Part shown: piece by piece, positions 1-11,330 of the stretch
Numbering within the stretch: the first letter of the stretch is position 1
Layout: every line of letters starts with the position of its first letter
Assembly: GCF_006345805.1 (NCBI RefSeq)
Contig: NC_043008.1
Span: forward strand, 13,020,001-13,084,000
Direction of reading: 5' to 3'
Source: Octopus sinensis
Lineage: Eukaryota
Length of the DNA stretch: 64,000 bases
Notes under the pieces: model-generated
What the model was told of the DNA's origin: nothing
The model's input: the letters and a program-made list of their open reading frames with translations, nothing else
The model's database searches: none
Program-made: the position numbers and the translations under genes

Positions 1-390
1 TGGTAAGTAGCTTGTTTACCAACCACATGGTTCCTGGTTCAGTCCCACTGCGTGACACCTTGGGCAAGTGTCTTCTACTATAGTCTCGGGCCGACCAAAG
101 CCTTGTGAGTGGATTTGGTAGACGGAAACTGAAAGAAGCCCGTCGTATATATGTATATATATATATATGCGTGTGTGTGTTTGTGCGTCTGTGTTTGTCC
201 CCCTAGCATTGCTTGACAACCGATGCTGGTGTGTTTATGTCCTCGTTACTTAGCGGTTCGGCAAAAGAGACCCATAGAATAAGTACTGGGCTTACAAAAG
301 AATAAGTCCGTGGTCAAGTTCCTCGATTAAAGGCGGTGCTCCAGCATGGCCGCAGTCAAATGACTGAAACAAGTAAAAGAGTAAAAGAGT
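1..390 (+). mobile_element. tRNA-derived SINE, family A (5' end cut by window edge)
   Basis: B-box-like GGTTCAGTCC, internal TA/TG microsatellite, 3' AAGTAAAAGAGTAAAAGAG tail; near-identical to copies at 4258-4668 and 53588-53995 (minus). Confidence 0.9.
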
Positions 391-583
391 ATATTAAAAG
401 CAAATACGTAGTGTACCGGGAGTTATAAATGCAGAACACCACACTGTGGTGATCTGTATTTATAATAAATGAACATTACTCGCTCCGTTTCTAGCAGTTT
501 CTAACAGGGTATTATTCTATGTAAATATCTTTGGTAATCTTAATAGACAAAATGAGTTCTTGTTTGCTCTTTTGTCTACAACT

Positions 584-969
584 TTGGAAGCACTCCGTCG
601 GTTACGACGACGAGGGTTCCGGTTGATCCGAATCAACGGAACAGCCTGCTCGTGAAATTAACGTGTAAGTGGCTGAGCACTCCACAGACAAGTGTACCCT
701 TAACGTAGTTCTCGGGGATATTCAGCGTGACACAGAGAGTGACAAGGCCGGCCCTTTGAAATACAGGTACAACAGAAACAGGAAGTAAGAGTGAGAGAAA
801 GTTGTGGTGAAAGAGTACAGCAGGGATCACCACCACCCCTGCCGGAGCCTCGTGGAGCTTTTAGGTGTTTTCGCTCAATAAACACTCACAACGCCCGGTC
901 TGGGATTCGAAACCGTGATCCTACAACCGCGAGTCCACTGCCCTAACCACTGGGCCATTGCGCCTCCAC
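584..969 (-). mobile_element. tRNA-derived SINE, family B, full length
   Basis: Reverse complement of 1322-1709; tRNA-like head (TGGCCCAGTGG A-box, GTTTCGAATCCC B-box-like); 13-bp TSD TTTGTCTACAACT at 571-583 and 970-982. Confidence 0.92.
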
Positions 970-1321
970 TTTGTCTACAACTCCTGACCGCTTCGCTCAA
1001 CAACATAATTTCTTTTAATGAGGATAGAGATTATTGTGAAATTAAAAGTGTAGAAGGTTTAAATGTCTCCTTGGAAGATTCTTCTTCTGATATAGGAGAA
1101 TTTTCTTTAATTATCTCCACTTCTATGGTTTTGAAAGCATATACCTGTTTCCGATGTTGCCATGGCAGAGCTGATAGCTATTTTTAGTGAGTGTGTTATA
1201 TGATTCATGTGGAGTGTCTCCAAAATCTAATAGCCTAGAAAAAACTGTCAACATCCATTTTGTCGATATATCTCATGCTGCTGTTTACTGTCTCCTTTCC
1301 GCTATAATTTATATTTGATCA

Positions 1322-1709
1322 GTGGAGGCGCAATGGCCCAGTGGTTAGGGCAGCGGACTCGCGTTCATAGGATCGAGGTTTCGATTCCCAGACCGGGCGT
1401 TGTGAGTGTTTATTGAGCGAAAACACCTAAAAAGCTCCACGAGCCTCCGGCAGGGGATGGTGGTGATCCCTGCTGTACCCTTTCACCACAAATTCCTCTC
1501 ACTCTTACTTCCTGTTTCTGTTGTACCTTTATTTCAAAGGGGCCGGCCTTGTCACTCTCTGTGTCACGCTGAATGTCCCCGAGAACTACGTTAAGGGTAC
1601 ACGTGTCTGTGGAGTGCTCAGCCACTTACACGTTAATTTCACGAGCAGGCTGTTCCGTTGATTCGGATCAACCGGAACCCTCGTCGTCGTAACCGACGGA
1701 GTGCTTCCA
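1322..1709 (+). mobile_element. tRNA-derived SINE, family B, full length
   Basis: Head GGAGGCGCAATGGCCCAGTGGTTAGG...GTTTCGATTCCC; 11-bp TSD with one mismatch (ATATTTGATCA 1311-1321 / ATATCTGATCA 1709-1719). Confidence 0.92.
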
Positions 1710-2701
1710 TATCTGATCATTTCACCAGCAACAGTTCGTTCCTTTCATACATTCCTTTGCAGAACAGGTACTCTTCAGATAATATGCTATTACTCCCCAA
1801 GTGTGAGTCGTGAAAATTGTAAGGCATGGATATAAGGCTTCTGGTAGGTTATTAACATGCAGATTACATGACTACAACTCTGAACGGGTTTTGTAATTTG
1901 GAAACTTAATGATATTTCTTTTCAGTTACAGTGAAGCATTGATTCTAATTTACTTAATAGTTCATTAGGCGCAGGAGTGGCTGTGTGGTAAGTAGCTTGC
2001 TAACACACATGCGCAGTTATTCAGTTGCTTCCTGTTCAGCCAGAGTGGACGCGAGTCAACCAGCTCCGTCCAATTAAAGAAAAAAGACCAAAAACGGAAA
2101 GTTGTCGAGGTAAGTGATTTTGTTTATTGTGAGTTGGGCATAATTTATTGCGTGCCAATTATTATTTCAGTAAGTTGTGTCCAACTCTGAGACAATTTCG
2201 CCTGCTCTCGGCGGCTGCCGTTTTTATGTTTATTGAAAAAAAAAATGAAAAAACAGTGGAGGGGCGTATCCTCGGAATTCAATACAGTTACTGTTAAAAT
2301 TACCGTTGGCGGTAGCCAGTGCTCTGTTTGGGTTTGTTGAATTTATTCCCTTGTCAGAGTACTTCGCAAGAAAATTATAAAAATAAGCCACTATTGGATT
2401 ACCTTTCGGACCCATTTTTGTGGAGGTTGTGTTGCAGTTGCGGCGTTCCAGTTTCAACCCAGGCCGGGAGTACCACAAGGCCAGAATATTTTTGCTGTGT
2501 TTTTTCTGTTTATTAACTTTCTTTTGAACTTCATTTAACCCCCCCTTTTGTTTTTTTTCTTTATTGCGACTTTCCGTTGATTTCTTCCCTTCTGTTGTGC
2601 TTTCTCCTTTGTGTTTTTTCAAAAATCTATCACATTTTATTTGGACTTTTGACTTTTTTCTTCTTGCTTTTTGAGTTTAATTTGAATATATTTAAAAAAA
2701 C

Positions 2702-3942
2702 ATGGCAATGAAAAATAACAAAATTTTGGAGTGGGAAATCATACCACCTAAAAAGTGGTTAAAAGACCGTGAAGATAGGACGGTGGTGTTGAGAACCTAC
2801 TCCAAGGCACTCGACACCATCGCCCTATTCGAAAAGACGGCAATTGAAAAGGAGTTGGAAGAGTATTTGCCAACAATTAAATTCATTTCCAAGGGTGTCA
2901 AATATGCAACGGTGTGGTTGCTATTTGACACCCCTGAAGAGGCTTGCAAATTTGCTAGCAAACCCCTGGAGGGTAAGGAAATCTTATTCCTGCCCACGTA
3001 CAAAAAAAAGAAATTGATGAAAGCTTGGATCTGCGGGTTGCCACCCGACATAGAACCCGAGTGGATAGAGGAGACTATCCGCCGGGGTCTGGGTGGAAGC
3101 GAAACTAAGCTCCTTAATGTAAAAGTTCTTCCTGCGGCTGCTTGGGTTGGGTCAAAAGCAATTTTGACCCTGTGGACCCAATCAGCCAATCTGGTTCTTC
3201 CAGATTTTTTGAAAATGGCCGGGTGCAGGTACCCGGTGATGCTTGAGGGTCGCCCCTTTAAGTGTCATCGGTGCTTGGAGTCCGGCCAATAAAGAAGAAC
3301 TGTCCCCGGGAACAAAATAGGATCCCGGAACAGTTAAGTAAAACCCCTCTAGAAGAGGGAATGATAACGGCCGAGAAAGCAGAGGACTCCTCAAACAGAG
3401 GCTGAAAGAGGAAGGTGAGCAACAATGGGTGCTCACCAAAGGATAATAGGGATGAGGAGAGGAAGGCAAATCTTCCGGCCACGGAGGAGACGCACCCTCC
3501 CTCAGTTGAAAAAGGAAAAAAAAAGAAAAAGAGGAAGAAAAACGGGACATTGCCGGCTGTCAGTGACATAGCACCGGAATGTGTCGGAACTACGTCGGTT
3601 GGGGTTGTGCCACCGACAAGAGAAGGAATACCGTTGGCGGGAACTGTGCCGCCAATGAAAGAACTGAACGTATTGGTCCTCTTCTATAGAGGAGGCGAAA
3701 TTGAAAAGGTGATGGAAGAGCACCACAAGGGAGCACCTTTAGCCTTCACACAGGACCCCGAATGGCCTCCGCAGGTAGCTGTGGAGGCCGTGGCGTTCGA
3801 CGTGACGCTTGGGTTAAAGGAGCTCAATGAAGATTATAACTTGGTCCCGGGCGACGCAAACTCGGAACTTGATTACGCTCTGAGGAAGGCGTGGTTGATG
3901 GTGGAGGGCGCAGGCACAAGCTATTTCGAGGACGATATGTAA
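2702..3942 (+). pseudogene. LINE ORF1-like protein, ~413 aa when repaired: RRM-like N-terminus, CCHC zinc knuckle, Lys-rich linker
   Basis: ORFs 2702-3292 and 3415-3942 join if one base is restored at ~3288, giving CHRCLESG(H)IKKNC (C-x2-C-x4-H-x4-C), and the TGA at 3403-3405 is read through. Confidence 0.8.
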
Positions 3943-3963
3943 TTATTGAACTGTTATTATTAG

Positions 3964-4084
3964 TAATGGACTGCTAAGTCCAAAAATTGAAAAATTGTAA
4001 GAAGTTTAATACCTCGTTTTGTAATAATGGACTGCTAAGTCCAAAAATTGGAAAAATTGTAAGAGGTTTAATACCTCGTTTTGT
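3964..4084. repeat. ~60-bp tandem duplication in the element's 3' UTR
   Basis: TAATGGACTGCTAAGTCCAAAAATTG...ATACCTCGTTTTG at 3964 and 4025. Confidence 0.9.
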
Positions 4085-5043
4085 GTTTATCTTTAAAAAG
4101 AACAATGTTTTAGAGAAGCGAAAGTCGGCGGGCGCTTTTTGTCTTCTCCCATCCTTATCATCTTTCTTTCATTATCATTCACTTCATTAATGTCCTCGTC
4201 CAGCCCGCAAAGGTAACTTAATCTGTGTACTGCCTTTATGGCAAATGTTTTGAAATAAAGTAGCTTGCTAACCAACCACATGGTTCCGGGTTCAGTCCCA
4301 CTGCGTGGCATCTTGGGCAAGTGTCTTCTACTATAACCCCGGGCCGACCAATGCCTTGTGAGTGGATTTGGTAGACGGAAACTGAAAGAAGCCTGTCGTA
4401 TATATGTATAAATATATATGTATGTGTGTGTGTTTGTGTGTCTGTGTTTGTGTGTCTGTGTTTGTCCCCCTAGCATTGCTTGACAACCGATGCTGGTGTG
4501 TTTACGTCCCCGTCACTTAGTGGTTCGGCAAAAGAGGCCGATAGAATAAGTACTGGGCTTACAAAAAATAAGACCCGGGGTCGATTAGCTCGACTAAAGG
4601 CGGTGCCCCAGCATAGCCGCAGTCAAATAACTGAAACAAGTAAAAGAGTAAAAGAAAGAGTAAAGAGAGATATTACTACTCTATACCGCAATTTATCGGT
4701 CAGATTCTCAACCAGATGTTGGGAAACTTCTCAATCCCGTTTGCTAGCAATTCTTTATCTGTGTATGTGATCTGAGACGGTTATTATGGACTCTCCTGGA
4801 GCTACTTATATGTTTTTCTCTTCCTTTCTGATCCAAGTCCCTTTTTTAATAATACTGAAGGATATTCCCTCATATATTCCCCCACATCACATCTAATGTT
4901 TCTATTCATGGTGTGCGTACTTCAGTGTCATGCATTTGTGTTAAGTTACTTGTAAATTATTCTGTTACGAACACGGATGTTTTTAAACATGATTTCACGT
5001 TTTACAAAGTCAAGATTTTTCCCTTTTTGGTTTTGATTTCACA

Positions 5044-5267
5044 GTGAACGTACCGGCCGCCTCGGACACTCGGGAGAATCCGTCTGCCGTTACGTTCTGA
5101 GTTCAAATTCCTCTGAGGTCGACTTTGCCTTTCATCTTTTCTGGGTTGATTAAATAAGTACCAGTTACGCACTGGGGACGATGTAATCGACTTCATCCCT
5201 TTGTCTGTCTTTATTTGTCCCCTCTATGTTTAGCCCCCCCCCGCTCCCTGTGGACAATAAGGAAATA
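5044..5267 (+). mobile_element. SINE family C, partial
   Basis: Shares GTTCAAATTCC..GAGGTCGACTTTGCCTTTCATC..AAGTACCAGTTACGCACTGGGG with 11331-11740 and 5787-5872. Confidence 0.8.
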
Positions 5268-5786
5268 TAAAAACTTCTACTCTGCTGATTTGCCATCATT
5301 TTATCCCATCCTTCCAGTTTGTCGATTTCTCGTTATCATTTTGTTCAAGTGGTTCCAATACGTCCTCCAATAATTTGATCTTCTCACTTCGACCATCATT
5401 CCACGTCTTCAATTTAATTTTCTCTCAAACCATCACTTCACCTTTTACTGTCATATCTTAACACTGTCTCTGTTTCCGTATTTTCCTGCACTTGAATTAA
5501 CATGAGCTTCAACGTGGTCTCTACTAGACTTTCTATTTCCTGTGTAATTTCTTCTAATTCTAACTTCCATAGTTAACCGTCTTGATATACAGAATGTGTC
5601 TGGCCAGGAAGTATATGTTGTGTTATTGGAAATGTGTCTATCACTTTCTAAATTGCGAAGATTCTTCGCCAGTTCATTCTTTTAATTGGTTAACTCCTAA
5701 AGAAGAACCTCATAAATAGATTCTTTGGTTACTTTGTTCCTGGTAGTTTTAACTCGTTTCTCTCATCTTTCTACTTCAATTCAATT

Positions 5787-5872
5787 CGCCGGGCGAAATG
5801 CTTAGCGGCATCGCGTCTGCCGTTACGTTCTGAGTTCAAATTCCCCCGAGGTCGACATTGCCTTTCATCTTT
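5787..5872 (+). mobile_element. SINE family C fragment
   Basis: CGCCGGGCGAAATGCTTAGCGG...GAGGTCGACATTGCCTTTCATC matches the family C head. Confidence 0.75.
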
Positions 5873-5877
5873 TTTGC

Positions 5878-6011
5878 TCATTTTTGCTAGCTGAGTGGAC
5901 TGGAGCAACGTAAAAATGAAGTGTTTTGCTCAAGAACACAAAGCAGAAATCGAAACCACAACCTTACGAGTATGAGTTCAACGCCCTAATTACTAAGCCA
6001 CTCGTCTCCAC
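5878..6011 (-). mobile_element. tRNA-derived SINE fragment, family D
   Basis: Minus strand reads GGAGACGAGTGGCTTAGT..GGTTTCGATT..GTGTTCTTGAGCAAAACACTTCA..TTGCTCCAGTCCACTCAGCT; related copy at 58985-59160. Confidence 0.65.
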
Positions 6012-6254
6012 GGTACATTATCTATAATCTATAGTTATAAGACAACCATAGACATGCAGCTATCCCTTCAATACATATCTGCAGCACTCGGCCGCTTTAG
6101 CTCCCCAACCATTTCCAGTTGCAATAGATAATGTAATCGTAATTGCTGTTTCTCACCATGAGGAGACAGTGTATTGAGGTAAAAACATCACTGAGCATTT
6201 TTGACCTGACACCATCTCTATAGGAATACTCAACCACCATAAAGTGACAGACGT

Positions 6255-6804
6255 CTGGGCAAGCAAGGCAGTTTTCCTTTGCCCGGTGGCTGTGACGAAA
6301 GAGGTTGTTTGGTGGACAAGGCTGAAAGGCATAAAGACAGATACATTCCTCTTTGGTAGAGCTCTCGTTGATTCTTCAGGTTTCCCTTGAAAAGGAAAGT
6401 GAGAGTGGAGAGGGAAGTGCTGTCCTTGAGCGACCTTATTGAAAGGTGGGTGAAAGTTGTGAGAATTGCAAGAATTGATGGTACCTCTCTAAGTGTAGAC
6501 CTGTGAATCGAAGAGGGCACTTGCTTCTAGGGTTTCAGGAAAATCTCGGAGAGTGGGATTCCGCGATTATCCCTAGAGGCGTTCCTGTATCAGGAGGCCA
6601 CCCATTTCTATCATCCTCGCTCTCCCCTTTTTATATTTTTGTATGTTATGCATATGTCCAACCTTTTCCAGTGTATACCGTATATGCTTTATTTGTTTTA
6701 TTTTTATGTTTTTTATTATTATTTTATCATTTCATTATTACACTTCATGTCTGTCCCTGTATTGTCCCCTTCATCTTTCGCTCTTGTGGCAAATAAATGA
6801 AATC
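6255..6804 (+). mobile_element. 5'-truncated L1/Tx1-type LINE (ORF2 C-terminus and 3' UTR), second family
   Basis: With one frameshift encodes KAVFLCPVAVTKEVVWWTRLKGIKTDTFL...LKRKVRVEREVLS...RWVKVVRIARIDGTSLSVDL* (stop 6504-6506), homologous to the 56-58 kb LINE; ends TGTGGCAAATAAAT. Confidence 0.8.
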
Positions 6805-6807
6805 ACT

Positions 6808-6942
6808 ATTCTTCTTCTTTTTTCTTTTTCTTCTTCTTCTCCTTCTTCTTCTTCTTATTATTATTATTGTTGTTGCTATTATTATTGTTATTATTGTTAT
6901 TATTGTTATTGTTATTGTTATTATTACTACTACTACTACTAT

Positions 6943-6973
<31 letters not shown>

Positions 6974-7160
6974 TTTGTTGTAGGTGAGAAGGGGCAATAT
7001 ACTTGTTATTATCATTATCAGTCATCATTATCATCATTAAGATTTATGGTAATAATAATAATAACAACAATAATAATAATTATAATTATTATCATTATTA
7101 TAGTTATTGTTATTATTATTATTATTATTATTATAATTATTGTTGTTGTTGTTGTTGTCA
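6808..7160. repeat. Compound trinucleotide microsatellite (TTC/TTA/TAG/TTG)
   Basis: Direct reading. Confidence 0.95.
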
Positions 7161-8166
7161 TTGATGTTATTGCTTTTCATATTCCTTGCATTGACAACTT
7201 GTGTTTTCCGAAGCTACAATATTTTGGGTGTTATTACATTTTTGATAAATGGAAATTGTTTAATTTTCGAATTGTTTAACAAGGAAGCCCTAATTCCCCG
7301 TACCGGGGGAAAGTTTTAGGTTCTGTTTTCTCGAGATGTGCAATATAGTTTGATGCAGCCAAGTACGTGCCAAAATGGCGTCTACAAATACAATAACACA
7401 CGACCAGAAAATCGAGCGGAAGTTGCCCAAAGTAATAATGAACAGCCTGCGTTTTACAAAGAGAAAAAATAAACAAAATGGATTCTATTAAATGCAGAAA
7501 CTTGTACGGCATAAAATATAAAAACAAACGATAATTTTTGAAAAATAAAATCAATATTCCCTTGAACATTTTTAACTTCAAAACAAAATATCTTAGCTGT
7601 AAACACAACAGCAACAAAAAAAAACACTCACAAACACAAACAAAAATAGCAACAACATCATTCACACAAAAATGTGTTTTAACGTTGCTGACGTCACTGA
7701 AGATGATTGATGTTTTTCTATCATTTTCCATCTTTTTCAGCATATTTGTCATCTCTCTTATTTGGTTAAGTTATGAGATTCCTTTACAAATATAACTGAA
7801 GGTGTGCTCCTTTCCTGTAACTATTGCAGACACTGCATATATTTATTTCCTTCAGTCCGTTGTGTTGTTGAAAGTAAGTCTGTGATGGAGAAGTGAGGCG
7901 TCGTAATCGTTTCGAGTTTATAGTCGTGTTCTATCCTTAGTAGTCTCTTTGCTTGATCCAGATGAAGATTTTATAGTCTGTATTTTCCCTTGTAACTCAG
8001 CGGAATTGACACATTCTTCTCTACGCTTATATCATTTGAGTTGTGTTGGAGAAGCTTGAAAAGTAATGTCCGACACTTTATTTCCGGACATATCAATTAT
8101 GTCTGGAAATAAGAACTGTTATTTTGTTGTTGATGTTGTTGTTGTCAATTTGTTGTGCGTGTTTAT

Positions 8167-9060
8167 CGAGTAAAAGAGCAGCTCAAGCCATCACATTGAC
8201 ACTGGGGTTCAAATATATGAAGCCCAACATACCCACCATTACTACCAGTCTGAGAAGGGTACACCAGGCTAATGCATCACTAACATATATGCGCAACATG
8301 GCGATGTTATATCAAGATAAACAGCATGTGACCTTGCAGGTTGGGCCCAGTTGAAAATTTTATCAGGTTAAAATGTCTCTGAATGCGGATTGATGAATAA
8401 TGTTGAATGAAACACCCATGCTTCGAGAGGAGAATTATCAAACACCCCAAAATTCATCTCAATACATGGCTATGATGCTCCCCACTACCGCTCGTGATGA
8501 GACATGCACATATTGTCAGCTACCAAGGGACATGCTCGACTGGTTAACGTCAATGTTCTTATTATTATTGAGTGATAGAGCAGCACACGCCATCAAAGTG
8601 ACACTGGGGTAAAATATATGAAGCCTGATATACCCATCATGACTACTAGTGCGCGACATGTTATCTCATATCAATATAAACAATGCATAACATTGCATGT
8701 TGGGAACAGTTAGTAATTTCTTAAGGTCGAGTAGCTCATCCTGCTCAAAAGGTCGCTGAATAAAGGTCATGTTTCTAGAGGTGAATTATTAAAACCCCAA
8801 AGAATCCTACTCGACACATGGCTATGATGCTCTCCCGCTACTTCTGCTCGTGATCAAAGATACACATATCGTCAGCCACTAAGGGATATGCTCAACTGGT
8901 TAAGGTCAAACAACTGACAAACAAATCTGTGGTACTGAGCAGAATATTTGCTGTAGCCCATCTTTTATACCAAGACAAAACAATGCACATGATAACACTT
9001 CCAATCAGTTTAGGTCAGAAACCGAGAGAGCCACTGCCTGGTACTGCATCAGGGCATTTA
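8167..9060 (-). mobile_element. Two tandem copies (8167-8552 partial, 8568-9060) of an unclassified non-coding element flanked by (TAA)n
   Basis: Both begin GAG(T)..AGAGCAGC..GCCATCA..GTGACACTGGGG on plus; a third copy is at 48519-48987. Strand inferred from the (AAT)n tail. Confidence 0.75.
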
Positions 9061-9062
9061 TC

Positions 9063-9109
<47 letters not shown>

Positions 9110-9135
9110 CATTATTATCATTATTATCATTATTA

Positions 9136-9180
<45 letters not shown>

Positions 9181-9181
9181 G
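9061..9181. repeat. (ATT)n microsatellite
   Basis: Direct reading. Confidence 0.95.
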
Positions 9182-11330
9182 ATATTGAGTTCGAAACAAA
9201 TTCCATAAATGAATGTTTATTATTTAAAGAAAACGCATTTCTATTTCATAGAACTTCTCTACAACAGTTATTAATTATAAACTCTTTGAAGAGACACCAG
9301 AGCATCACTCATTTCGTAGACGTGGTGAATTGTTACTCCGGCTATTGCTCCCGTGGTTTTAGAAGTAAAAACATTGACTTGCATTTAGTATTGTTTTTGT
9401 TATTGTTGTACGAGTATATACTTACTGTTTCGCTTATCAGTTTTGTTCTTCATACTTTTCCAAGTCTTATATATTATTCCATCCTTTGATTTATGAATAT
9501 TTTCGTGTAAACGTTACTAATTTCTATGTGTAATATTGTTTTAAATATGTCACGTAACCTTGTGGCTACGCTTCACTGGTTTTCCTTATAATACGGAAAG
9601 CTGCTGAATTCTATATTAAGCTGTCTTCAGTCTCATTTAGCCGTATGACGCCATCATATTATGCAAATTTATGTATTAACAGATTCGATCTTCAATCAAC
9701 CATTTACTTTTACCATATCTCACATGTATTCTGAATGGGATAGAATAAAAATATGAAAATCCATCTTAACGATTTTCTTTCAAAAGAAAATGAATGTTTC
9801 ATTTAATATAAAATTGAAGTATCGACCGTCGAATTTAAGATAAATAACTCGGACTTATTTATGTTTCCAGTCGAAACGCTGGACGAAATATTTCCGCAGA
9901 GATGAGCAATCTGTGTCTACTGAATTTGCTGAAGTAAAAATTCAAAGAAATTATGGACCCGAAATAAATATATTCAACGTTGATATTATTAAAATTAATC
10001 TGCTAATCTGGTTTTAGCTTCTCCTGCCACTTACTGACACGACGGTCTGACGTTCTGAGCCAACAATATGATTTTAAATACACATTCTAGGTTTGTCCTT
10101 ACAATTGTAAATATGTACCACTTGGCACGCCGTAGCTTTCCTTTACACTCTACGACTGAAGGGTCGTTTTAGTTCATAGATTATTTGAATTGAAATAATT
10201 GAATGATCGCAATGCATATTTCAGTGAAAGCTGGTTGTTTTCGCTCTGGCATTATTGTAGATAACAATTCTATTACGTGAAAACCTGAACGTTTTCTTCG
10301 GCCCTATTAAACCCAGCAGGTAGACCTACCTAGAATTGCAAAGTGCCCTGTTAAAATAGAACAAATTGGACAATGACCATCTACATACATGAAAAAGACC
10401 GTATATTTACAGCTATCATACATTTTATCATGCATACACATAAACATGTGCACTAACAAACAAAGACACACATCCAGAAAGACACATACACGCACATACG
10501 TTGTGTATAATAATTCCATTTTATATATTGTAAAAAAAAACTACAGTAATTTACTCAAGGTGTTATGACCAAGTGCATTCCTCGGACGGGACTTACTATT
10601 AGAAAAAAAACATCGGCTCAGTCGAATAACAGAACGCAAATAGTATGCATTTTAACGGGTTTCGGATTGGTTAGATCCGTCATGGCTTTCAGCAATTTTC
10701 TTGAGGTAAATAATTAATATCGACAAAATGAATCGTTCCCAGTTGTTCTATTTCTTATCTTAAAGTAAATGTTATTTCTGTAATGCCACTTGCTAATTAA
10801 ATCTATATCCTGTTGGAACACTGCTTTTTGAAAAGCCTGCAACAAATCTTGTCACAGTTTTCAAAGGCGTTTCTGCTAATGTATTCGTATCTCCTACATC
10901 CTAAAATCGAACTCGATATGATAAAATTGGCATCTTTCTCCTTTAATTGTCAAACATAGCCAGGCAAATCTTTGGCGTTCTTCTTCTTTCTATACACGAA
11001 GTTGATTTATGGCATAATAATTCTTCAATATTGTTCATAAATGCCAACGTAAGATTTACTATATGGTAGATCCTGAAGAGGAGAGTAGATGAGTAATATT
11101 ACTTTTGTGTATTTGTTTTCAGTTTTTGTTACGTTCAATATTCCAATGGATGTTTACATGAGTGTGCCAAAATATAGCGGACGAAAATATATTTATTCTT
11201 TCCGGATATCAGAACTTATTTCTTATATTATGCGTATATTATAGAGCGATGTATTATTTGATGTATCCCTAATACTCGACCGTACACAAACATTACTACA
11301 AAATGATTTTGCAGCAAGAGGTATTTGAAA

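Larger units (their letters stand above)
2005..4257 (+). mobile_element. ORF1-only non-LTR retroelement (HAL1-like, L1/Tx1-related)
   Basis: Perfect 15-bp TSD AAGTAGCTTGCTAAC (1990-2004, 4258-4272); ~700-bp 5' UTR; single gag-like ORF; ~315-bp 3' UTR ending AAATAAA; no endonuclease or RT sequence recognisable. Confidence 0.8.
1968..4668 (+). mobile_element. Family A SINE split by a nested 2.25-kb insertion (head 1968-2004, remainder 4258-4668)
   Basis: GGCGCAGGAGTGGCTGTGTGGTAAGTAGCTTGCTAAC stops at 2004 and resumes as AAGTAGCTTGCTAACCAACCACATGG at 4258; joining the parts restores the family A sequence. Confidence 0.92.

Noticed and set aside
1322-1400. tRNA gene
   Set aside because: The tRNA-like head continues into a 385-bp TSD-flanked repeat, so it is a SINE.
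2230-3569. Antisense ORFs over the ORF1 element
   Set aside because: Shadow frames of the plus-strand ORF and its T-rich UTR; no motifs.
5300-5780. Very old RTE-like RT remnant on minus; similar hints at 51900-52500
   Set aside because: Similarity is too weak to support by eye.
7371-7381. YY1-like AAAATGGCG and nearby TGACGTCA as a promoter
   Set aside because: Short motifs with no associated gene or transcription start evidence.
7856-7873. 18-nt microexon candidate on plus (SVVLLK); similar at 10330-10347 on minus
   Set aside because: Splice-like pairs this short arise by chance in AT-rich DNA; no supporting evidence.
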